Positions 53,709-63,755 of a stretch of DNA of 64,000 nt are shown here, in pieces. Within the stretch, counting starts at the first letter, position 1; every line of letters begins with the position of its first letter. The position numbers were made by a program, and so were the translations under genes. The stretch comes from Octopus sinensis (taxonomy: Eukaryota), in NCBI RefSeq assembly GCF_006345805.1, contig NC_043006.1:15872001-15936000 (forward strand). The letters run 5' to 3'. The notes beneath the pieces are model-generated. The model had not been told where the DNA came from. It did not search any database and saw only the letters and a list, made by a program, of their open reading frames with translations.

Positions 53709-53987
53709 TTTTTTAGCTCACCTGGCTTGCTAATGAACAAGCACTAGTAAAAGAAAGTAAAGGGTTTTGTTTTCTTAATCCTTCACAGATTAATCAGTCA
53801 ACCGCAAAAACATGTCAGAGCTAGTGAGGATTTGTAATTAAATACCTAGCAAGAGATTATTGCAACCACATTGTGAAAATAATGCAATATGTGATCCATA
53901 TATGTTTTCGTTTCAAGTAGTAAATACTGGACAGAAAAACCGCTATTAGTGCCCAAAACAGAGACGTCAGTGGCGACACCTGCGGGG

Positions 53988-54045
53988 TCTGACTGCGCTA
54001 CATTGACAGGGGGCAATACCCCGAAACGCGTCTGTAGCTGTCGGA
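53988..54045 (+). ncRNA. Type I hammerhead ribozyme, copy 1 (core UUGACAG, A9G change, probably impaired)
   Basis: TCTGAC-TGC-GCTACA / TTGACAG / GGGG-CAATA-CCCC / GAAA / CGCG / TC / TGTAGC-T-GTCGGA. Predicted cleavage after C54032. Confidence 0.7.
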
Positions 54046-54350
54046 CTGGCAGTGTGAGCGGCTGACCTCCCTTGTTCGAAGGTTATAACGGATACAGATC
54101 GTGTATCAATAGCTATCTTAAGGCGGTGGCCTCATGGAGCTGACCAGCGGCAGCGATTATTCTTATATCTATAAGAATGCCATATTAATATGGCGATAAC
54201 AATTAATTTCCAGTAAACGCTGCCGTAATCTCTTTTATAGAGACTTAGTAATTTTAATATTTCTATTATTGAAAACAAGTGGATGTATTCCACTGAAACT
54301 AGGTTAATAGAAACCTTCGAACAAAGACGTCAGTGGCGACACCTGCGGGG

Positions 54351-54408
54351 TCTGACTGCGCTACATTGACAAGGGGCAATACCCCGAAACGCGTCTGTAG
54401 CTGTCGGA
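54351..54408 (+). ncRNA. Type I hammerhead ribozyme, copy 2 (U3-A8 core variant UUGACAA)
   Basis: Same fold as copy 1 with core TTGACAA at 54366-54372, GUC triplet and predicted cleavage after C54395. Confidence 0.8.
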
Positions 54409-54847
54409 CTGGCAGTGTGAAGCGGCTGACCTCCCTTGTTCGAAGGTTATAATGGATACAGATCGTGTATCAATAGCTATCTTAAGGCGGTGGCCTCATG
54501 GAGCTGACCAGCGGCAGCGATTATTCTTATATCTATAAGAATGCCATATTAATATGGCGATAACAATTAATTAATATATATATATATATTAACATTTTAA
54601 AATCTTAGGGTAGTAGAGAAAATATTTATAGAAAAATTCTTTGCTACCAGTGGTCTAGCGAGAAGGAAAAAATTTAGTCAATAGACAATATATTATTCAT
54701 AGAAAAAATAAAGTTTACATTTAAACACAAAAGAGATAACCATGATAGGACATTTGACTAAAAATCTTCATAGCTCTTTCTAGTGAGTCAGATGTCCTAT
54801 TATGGTAATCTCTTTTGTGTTTAAATGTACACTGTATTTTTCTATGA

Positions 54848-54880
<33 letters not shown>

Positions 54881-54882
<2 letters not shown>

Positions 54883-55051
54883 CGCAGGAGTCGTTGTCAA
54901 GTAAGTAGCTTGCTTACCAACCACATGGTTCCGGGTTCAGTCCCACTGCGTGGCATCTTGGGCAAGCGACTTCTGCTATAGCCTCGGGCCGACCAATGCC
55001 TTGTGAGTGTATTTGGTAGACGGAAACTGAAAGAAGCCTGTCGTATATATG

Positions 55052-55097
<46 letters not shown>

Positions 55098-55340
55098 ATA
55101 TATGTATGTGTGTGTATGTGTTTGTGTGTCTGTTATTGTCCCCCCACCATCGCTTGACAACCGATGCTGGTGTGTTTACGTCCCCGTCACTTAGCGGTTC
55201 GGCAAAAAGAGACCGATAGAATAAGTACTGGGCTTACAAAGAATAAGTCCCGGGGTCGATTTGCTCGACTAAAGGTGGTGCTCCAGCATGGCCGCAGTCA
55301 AATGACTGAAACAAGTAAAAGAGTAAAAAGAGTAAAAAGA

Positions 55341-55341
<1 letters not shown>
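54881..55341 (+). mobile_element. SINE family A
   Basis: Near-identical to 6444-6862. Confidence 0.9.
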
Positions 55342-55376
<35 letters not shown>

Positions 55377-55599
55377 ACTATATATTCTCAGCCCCAACTG
55401 AACAATAAGGGGAATAGAAACGTACTTCACATTAAGGAAACTAAAAGAGGTTATAGCAAAATCGATGAACATTGATTGATGTAAACACCTATCTAAGTTA
55501 CAGGTGAACAAGCAACTACACATAAGAATAAATAATTATAACGGGTTCCTGCAAGTCATTCTGTCCACAGAAACAAACTACCCGAATACAGCTATAACA

Positions 55600-55890
55600 G
55601 TGGAGGCGCAATGGCCCAATGGTTAGGGCAGCGGACTCGCGGTCGGGGGATCGCGGTTTCGATTCCCAGACCGGGCGTTGTGTGTATTCTTTCGCCCCAA
55701 GTTTCTCTCACTCTTTCTTCCTGTTTCTTGTCCCCCGACTTCCTACGCAACCGCTGAGCCTGGATGCGCATTCATCCATCCATCGATGCTCTCGGTGTCG
55801 GGGGTTGACCTGCTTTCTCTTCTGCGGGTCTTACGAATAGCAAAGGACCACGTTTCGGACTTCTCTCACTGGATGAAGACCGCTTCTCTC
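55600..55890 (+). mobile_element. SINE with a family C head and a different 3' body
   Basis: GTGGAGGCGCAATGGCCCAATGGTTAGGGCAGCGGACTCGCGG..GGTTTCGATTCCCAGACCGGGCG, then unrelated sequence. Confidence 0.7.
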
Positions 55891-56598
55891 AACATCAACA
55901 TCATCAACATCAACAACGACAACAAGCAATGAGAATGTGATAAGAAGAAAAACTAAGAAGCGAGCAAAATTAAGCTAAAATGAGGAAAACCGAAAAACAA
56001 CAATAATAATGATAGTCATGTGTGATAATGATGATGATGATGAGGAGGAGGAGGAGGAGGAGGAGGATAAACCGGATGCTGTACATGATACTTAAAAGCT
56101 GTTGAAGACAGGATTTTATATCAGGAACTGATATATGATGCTGACGAGGGAATTTCGCTAACGAAATCTTGAAATGAAGCAAATTAATAACATTAGTATC
56201 ATTGCAAGATTAAGAAACTGATAAGTGAATTACACTAATGTCAGACTTTCAAAAAAAAAAAAATAGAAGTCAAATGAACGCAATAAAAGAAACGTTTTGG
56301 AAAATGTGTTGATATACTAATAACCTAAATATTCATGCTTAAAAAATAAATAACAGACGACTAGAAAACATTAGGAATCACTTTAATCGCAAACTTCTGG
56401 TCCACATATTTAACGAAGACACAAGGTGGTAAAGGAGATATTTAATATTGTACCTACATAACCAGAGACAGCCAGTGACTCAATGAAGGAAAACAACCTT
56501 CCCATTCTTCAAAGCTAAAGAAACAACGATCCCTAAAAATCTGCCCTGAGATTAAATATATATACATACATACAAAGATACACACTCACACACGCACA

Positions 56599-56679
<81 letters not shown>

Positions 56680-57254
56680 ATAAATATTAGGGAATAAATC
56701 CAAATTTACAGGGAAAAATCAGATTTAGGATTGAATCCAATTTTATAGTAAAATATAATATAATATTAATTAGAGACAAAACCACTATTATGCAAATCAA
56801 ACAAAGAAATGTCAATAGAAGTGACAAGAAACGATCGTAGTGGATATCTTTATTATATTTAATTTATATAAAAAATTTTATGTATTGGATTAAGTCTTTC
56901 TTTGTTTGTTTTGTCTCTAATTAATATTATATATATATATGCAAAGCCATGTGTCTGGAAATGTCAATTCGGATTAAGAAAAGCATAACCATAGATTATA
57001 GGAATAAGAATGGTTTGAACATGGTATGGATTGGCCTACGAAATGAAGAAGAAAAATAAAGAAAAGATGAAGTAAAACATATCAAGTTACAGGGAGTAAT
57101 CTGCTAAATTCTACCACATTAATTCTACCTCGAATACGGTCAATCCTAAATCAAGATAATAATAATAATAATAATAATATTTTTTTATCATGCCTAATGC
57201 ACCTACTATGATAGGAATTGTTTCTGTTTTCAGGTTCCACATTCTAGTTACCTT

Positions 57255-57530
57255 ATTATTATTATTATTATTATCTTAGGTTCGGTCTTGTTCCTGATAG
57301 GATTTATGTGGGTAGCGGGTTACTACCTGTAACCTTTGGTATCCTCAAGTTTTCAGCAGTCTTTCAAGTGCTTAGGACCGTCCTGATAATCTTTGCTGTC
57401 CCTCAAAGACAAAGTTTCTGTAGAATCTCTACCGGGCATTGTATTTCAATCTCCCTCAGCCATTGTCTATATCTTGGCTTACTGTTCCAAACGCACCAAT
57501 TATTATAAAAGTATTTCAAATTTTAGGGGA
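57255..57530 (-). mobile_element. R4/Dong-like 3' end with (TAA)n tail
   Basis: IIGAFGTV / QWLREIEIQCPVEILQKLCL*GTAKIIRTVLST*, with a frameshift and stop, followed by a TAA-repeat tail. Confidence 0.75.
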
Positions 57531-57810
57531 TCGTATTTTTCTGTTTTTCTTCCGATTTCTTTACGATCCTGGAATCAAATAGTCATGATGGCTCGATAAG
57601 TAAGCAACTTCGCTATTCGTTATCTATGTTTGTAATACCTAGTCTATTGTTTTCTAATTTCTTGTCCGTTTGGAAAGTCCCACAAAATCTTACATTTCTC
57701 CGAATCGTGTACTCTTTTGACACGATGATTGTAACATGTGTTCCCAGCTTCAAAGTGCCATTACATAAGTTTCGCTTGCTTCCTCAAGTATATTAGTTTA
57801 CAGAGACAGA

Positions 57811-58040
57811 GGCGGCGAGCTGGCAGAAACGTTAGCACGCCGGGCGAAATGCGTAGCCGTATTTCATCTGCAGTTACGTTCTGAGTTCAAATTCCACCGA
57901 GGTCGACTTTGCCTTTCATCCTTTCGGGGTTGATAAATTAAGTACCAGTTACGCACTGGAGTCGATGAAATCGACTTAATCCGTTTGTCTGTCCTTGTTT
58001 GTCCTCTCTGTGTTTAGCCCCTTGTGGGTAGTAAAGAAAT
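57811..58040 (+). mobile_element. SINE family B, full length
   Basis: GGCGGCGAGCTGGCAGAAACGTTAG head through GCCCCTTGTGGGTAGTAAAGAAATA tail. Confidence 0.9.
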
Positions 58041-58711
58041 ATATATACATGAGGTGTATATATTGGTGCCATATTAACAGTTTTATTATAGAAATGGAAA
58101 TTCTCAGATTCTGAAAAGACCTAAAGCTGGCATTACATAAGTTTCGCTTGCTTCCTCAAGTATAATAGTTTACAGAGACAGAGCTCTCGTGCAATATTCT
58201 TGCCCAAGTTCCCAAACGGTGGGACTGAATAGAAACTATTTCGTTGTGGAGCGAACTTCTTAAACACGCAACATACAGAGATTGTTCTTAATCTTTTTTA
58301 TTACCTACAAAATAGCATTTTCTCTATTACAAACACTTGTTCATTTCTTTAATACTATATAAACACTGTTACTCTTTGTATAGACATTTTTCATAGATTG
58401 ATCGAGTACTTGTTATAGCTTTGACCCATCAGTTTTAGAAGAAATATGCTTATAGATAACTCGGCACTTACTGAGAAAATGTTGCAGGCTAGAAATACCG
58501 ATGGACTCTGTTTCTCGAATAAAGTAGGAGAATTTAATATTGTAGTGTTAAAAAAATTAAGTATAGTGTAATTGTATAAAATCGTTATGAAGTGCATTGG
58601 AGTATAACATAGTTTCAAGTTCCATGTTAATATCTTCACACTGCCACTGGATGTTTGGTTGCTTTGAGGCACTACACTAGTCAAGTTTGCTAATATTTCT
58701 AATTATGACAG

Positions 58712-59133
58712 TCTATTTCTTTACTACCCACAAGGGGCTAAACACAGAGTGGACAAACAAGGACAGGCAAACGGATTAAGTCGATTATATCGACCCCAGT
58801 GCGTAACCGGTACTTATTTGATCGACCCCGATAGGATGAAAGGCAAAGTCGACCTCGGCGGAATTTGAACTCAGAACGTAAAGACAGACGAAATACCTAT
58901 TTCTAGTTCTTTACTACCCACAAGGGGCTAAACACAGAGGGGACAAACAAGGACAGTCAAACGGATTAAGTCGATTATATCGACCCCAGTGCGTAACTGG
59001 TACTTATTTAATCGACCCCGAAAGCATGACAGGCAAAGTCGACCTCGGCGGAATTTGAACTCAGAACCTAACGGCAGACGAAATACGGCTATGCATTTCG
59101 TCCGGCGTGCTACCGTTTCTGCCAGCTCGCCTC
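58712..59133 (-). mobile_element. Two tandem SINE family B copies
   Basis: Flanked by imperfect TSD-like AATATTTCTAATTA..ACAGTCT at about 58691 and 59138. Confidence 0.88.
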
Positions 59134-59629
59134 CTTTAATATTTCTAATTACCACAGTCTTGTTACTTTCGTATAATTTGAAGCCCTCAATCCGAGTGTG
59201 TAGGAATACAGGAGCATTTTCAAAATTGTTGTTACTGATATTATTGTAAACGTAGACCTTGATACAGAGAATGTCCGCCTGTAATTGCCTAATTTACTCA
59301 TAAGTAGTCAATTATCTCAGGCTGAAATTCGCATTGATTTAATGGTAACTTAATATACTTGTTTTCCAAATGTTTATTGCAGACATGTCTTTGAAAACTT
59401 GTCAATTCAATTTCTATACATATTAGAGGAAACACTATTAATCCATATCAGATAAGTACCTTATCTGGTTTAGAAAGGCACAAGCCAGCCAACATAATCA
59501 TTCCACTGGTTAAATATTTCGCTTTAACTAAGTAATTTTTCCCTCTTCAAATCAGTCTATCTAAATGATTTTTCTTATTATACATTCATAGATCTTTTTG
59601 TTTTGGCTCTTCGAATTGTCTATAATTCA

Positions 59630-59649
59630 ATATTCTTTTTTAATTGCAG
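59630..59649 (+). promoter_or_regulatory. 3' splice acceptor of the neuropeptide exon
   Basis: tattcttttttaattgcag|GAC: pyrimidine tract with AG at 59648-59649, phase 0 to the ORF. The track's TTG 'start' lies in the intron. Confidence 0.75.
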
Positions 59650-62600
59650 GACGAGAAGCGACAATCGATGGGTAAGGGACAGACAGAAGGTATGAAAAAT
59701 GATGAATTCGGTGTAGCCTATTTGAATTCCCACAGCAAACATATGAATAAAAGGCTTTCAGATTCCGTAAAATATTCACCAATTGGAATGCACGTGCTAC
59801 ATAGAAAAAGAAGCTTCGACACATTAGGTGGGGCATTTATGCCACCAGGGGGAAAAAGAAACTTCGACTCATTAGGTGGGGCATTTATGCCACCAGGTGG
59901 AAAAAGAAACTTCGACTCATTAGGTGGGGCATTTATGCCACCAGGGGGAAAAAGAAACTTCGACTCATTAGGTGGGGCATTTATGCCACCAGGTGGAAAA
60001 AGAAACTTCGACTCATTAGGTGGGGCATTTATGCCACCAGGGGGAAAAAGAAACTTCGACTCATTAGGTGGGGCATTTATGCCACCAGGGGGAAAAAGAA
60101 ACTTCGACTCATTAGGTGGGGCATTTATGCCACCAGGGGGAAAAAGAAACTTCGACTCATTAGGTGGGGCATTTATGCCAGGTGGAAAAAGAAACTTCGA
60201 TTCATTAGGTGGGGCATTTATGCCACCAGGTGGAAAAAGAAACTTCGACTCTTTAGGTGGAGCTTTTATGCCAGGTGGAAAAAGAAATTTCGATTCATTA
60301 GGTGGTGCATTTATGCCACCAGGGGGAAAAAGAAACTTCGACTCTTTAGGTGGAGCTTTTATGCCAGGTGGAAAAAGAAACTTCGATTCATTAGGTGGGG
60401 CATTTATGCCACCAGGTGGAAAAAGAAACTTCGACTCTTTAGGTGGAGCTTTTATGCCAGGTGGAAAAAGAAACTTCGATTCATTAGGTGGGGCATTTAT
60501 GCCACCAGGTGGAAAAAGAAACTTCGACTCTTTAGGTGGAGCTTTTATGCCACCAGGTGGAAAAAGAAACTTTGACTCATTAGGTGGGGCATTTATGCCA
60601 CCAGGTGGAAAAAGAAACTTCGACTCTTTAGGTGGTGCATTTATGCCAGGTGGAAAAAGAAACTTCGATTCATTAGGTGGTGCATTTATGCCAGGTGGAA
60701 AAAGAAACTTCGATTCATTAGGTGGTGCATTTATGCCAGGTGGAAAAAGAAACTTCGACTCATTAGGTGGGGCATTTATGCCACCAGGGGGAAAAAGAAA
60801 CTTCGACTCATTAGTGGGGCATTTATGCCACCAGGGGGAAAAAGAACTTCGACTCATTAGGTGGGGCATTTATGCCACCAGGGGGAAAAAGAAACTTCGA
60901 CTCATTAGGTGGGGCATTTATGCCACCAGGGGGAAAAAGAAACTTCGACTCATTAGGTGGGGCATTTATGCCAGGTGGAAAAAGAAACTTCGATTCATTA
61001 GTGGGGCATTTATGCCACCAGGTGGAAAAAGAAACTTCGACTCTTTAGGTGGAGCTTTTATGCCAGGTGGAAAAAGAAACTTCGATTCATTAGGTGGTGC
61101 ATTTATGCCACCAGGGGGAAAAAGAAACTTCGACTCTTTAGGTGGAGCTTTTATGCCAGGTGGAAAAAGAACTTCGATTCATTAGGTGGGGCATTATGCC
61201 ACCAGGTGAAAAAGAAACTTCGACTCTTTAGGTGGAGCTTTTATGCCACCAGGTGGAAAAAGAAACTTTGACTCATTAGGTGGGGCATTTATGCCACCAG
61301 GTGGAAAAAGAAACTTCGACTCTTTAGGTGGTGCATTTATGCCAGGTGGAAAAAGAAACTTCGATTCATTAGGTGGTGCATTTATGCCAGGTGGAAAAAG
61401 AAACTTCGATTCATTAGGTGGTGCATTTATGCCAGGTGGAAAAAGAAACTTCGACTCATTAGGTGGGGCATTTATGCCACCAGGGGGAAAAAGAAACTTC
61501 GACTCATTAGGTGGTGCATTTATGCCAGGTGGAAAAAGAAACTTCGACTCATTAGGTGGGGCATTTATGCCACCAGGGGGAAAAAGAAACTTCGACTCAT
61601 TAGGTGGGGCATTTATGCCACCAGGGGGAAAAAGAAACTTCGACTCATTAGGTGGGGCATTTATGCCACCAGGGGGAAAAAGAAACTTCGATTCATTAGG
61701 TGGGGCATTTATGCCACCAGGGGGAAAAAGAAACTTCGATTCATTAGGTGGTGCATTTATGCCACCAGGGGGAAAAAGAAACTTCGACTCATTAGGTGGG
61801 GCATTTATGCCAGGTGGAAAAAGAAACTTCGACTCATTGGGTGGTGCATTTATGCCAGGAGGAAAACGTACTTTCGATTCCTTGGGTGGAGGAATTTTAC
61901 CACTTCCGAGTGGTTGCTTGGGAAAACGTTCATGTCATTCCTTAAATGGAAGACGTCTATCTGCTGAGAGCAGTGCTGATTCATTGGATGATTCCGATGG
62001 AAAACGTTCATTTGATTCCTTAGGGGGTGCATTTATGCCAAGTGGAAAGCGTACTTTCGATTCCTTGGGTGGTGCTTTCATGCCAGTTGGAAAGAGGAAC
62101 TTTGACTCGTTAGGGGGTGCTTTTATGCCAGGTGGAAAACGTACTTTCGATTCCTTGGGTGGTGCTTTTATGCCAGGTGGAAAGAGAAACTTTGACTCTT
62201 TGGGCGGGGCTTTTATGCCAGGTGGTAAAAGAAACTTCGACTCGTTAGGTGGGGCATTTATGCCAGGTGGAAAACGTACTTTCGATTCGTTAGGTGGAGC
62301 ATTTATGCCAGGTGGAAAACGTACTTTCGATTCGTTAGGTGGAGCTTTTATGCCAGGTGGAAAACGTACTTTCGATTCATTAGGTGGAGCATTTATGCCA
62401 GGTGGAAAACGTACTTTCGATTCGTTAGGTGGAGCATTTATGCCAGGTGGAAAACGTACTTTCGATTCGTTAGGTGGAGCATTTATGCCAGGTGGAAAAC
62501 GTACTTTCGATTCCTTGGGTGGTGCTTTTATGCCAGGTGGAAAGAGGAACTTCGATTCGTTAGGTGGAGCTTTTATGCCTGGTGGAAAGAGACAATTTGA

Positions 62601-63132
62601 CACGCTAGAGGGAGGAATTTCTCCGCCTGGTGGAAAGAGACAATTTGACACGCTAGAGGGAGAAATTTCTCCGCCTGGTGGAAAGAGACAATTTGACACG
62701 CTAGAGGGAGAAATTTTTCCACCTGGTGGAAAGAGACAATTTGACACGCTAGAGGGAGAAATTTCTCCGCCTGGTGGAAAGAGACAATTTGACACGCTAG
62801 AGGGAGAAATTACTCCGCCTGGTGGAAAGAGACAATTTGACACGCTAGAGGGAGAAATTACTCCGCCTGGTGGAAAGAGACAATTTGACACGCTAGAGGG
62901 AGAAATTTCTCCGCCTGGTGGAAAGAGACATTTTGAATCGTTAGGAAAAGCATTTATACCGCGGAATGTTAAGAAACAATATGACATGGATAGTGACTGG
63001 AGACCATTTGACACGTTAGGTGGAGCATATATGCCTGATTATGGAAAGAGACAATCTGACTCGTTAAGTGGAGCGCTTTTAACAGAATCAGCTGAAAAAC
63101 AAGGTAGTGGTGATTCAGACCTGAAAAACTAA
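59650..63132 (+). CDS. Terminal coding exon of a multicopy neuropeptide precursor (FCAP / orcokinin-B / FLGamide-like; xFDSLGGAFMP(P)G-amide), interrupted by six 1-bp deletions
   Basis: Track ORFs 59644-61185 and 61243-63132 are in the same frame. About 65-70 units of 45/48 nt each end in G-K-R (amidation donor plus dibasic convertase site). Synonymous variation between units preserves the peptide. The exon starts right after a polypyrimidine tract and CAG (GAC GAG AAG CGA = DEKR); stop is TAA at 63130-63132. Family assignment rests on recall of the DSLGG motif. Confidence 0.92.
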
Positions 63133-63590
63133 AACAGCATTATCAATATATGTTGCCCTGTGGAATGGATTAACACAAAATAACTTAAGGAACAGTTGTT
63201 ATTTGCTATACTGTTTCGACGAAAATTGAAAACAAAGCCTTTCTTTTATTATCCCTTCAAGAGTAGAGGAAGTTTTCTCACAATCACATACACTTACTAC
63301 CAAATACATTCAGAACTTCGACTTCTGTTTTGATTTATTTACTGCTAATAATATCAACAGAAATGTAAAAGATCTACTCTTTCTAGAGATGTACTCTTAA
63401 TACATCTCTGATAACAATTCACAACAGCCACGTCTGAATCAGCGAGAGCATTGAAAGAAAACAGTACTGTGTTTTTGGCGTTCGATACCAGTAATGAAAG
63501 TTCGCGAAAGACTTTTGAAGTTTCTATCAATTTTTTTCCCAACACAGTTGCTTCATTTTCCTTCATGTCCTTATTTTTAAATTTTTTTCT

Positions 63591-63596
63591 AATAAA
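63591..63596 (+). promoter_or_regulatory. Candidate polyadenylation signal of the neuropeptide gene
   Basis: AATAAA about 460 nt after the stop codon. The AT-rich context makes chance occurrence possible. Confidence 0.35.
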
Positions 63597-63685
63597 TCCT
63601 AACTGTTATTAATGGCATCGTAGTTAGTGTTTTGATCTATTTTTTTTTTCTGGAACTGAAAAGAAAATTTATGAGTGAATTTCTC

Positions 63686-63755
<70 letters not shown>

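Larger units (their letters stand above)
53962..54572 (+). mobile_element. Retrozyme-like tandem repeat (363-nt period, ~1.7 copies) carrying two hammerhead motifs
   Basis: 53962-54208 and 54325-54572 are near-identical. Each contains a type I hammerhead fold. The spacer end (54312-54324) is the exact reverse complement of 54072-54084. Confidence 0.8.

Noticed and set aside
56135-56205. CTGACGA followed by hairpin ATTTCG/CGAAAT and GAAA
   Set aside because: No valid stem III or NUH site adjacent to a stem I partner; incomplete hammerhead match.
59718-60869. 383-aa antisense ORF (PPNESKFLFPPGGINA repeats)
   Set aside because: Shadow of the sense repeat. The unit lacks a stop in that frame, and synonymous variation follows the sense protein.
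59812-62928. Regular 45/48-nt array resembling CRISPR or satellite DNA
   Set aside because: No unique spacers, all unit lengths are multiples of three, and it encodes KR-delimited peptides; it is a coding repeat.
61935-63014. 359-aa antisense ORF
   Set aside because: Same shadow effect as 59718-60869.
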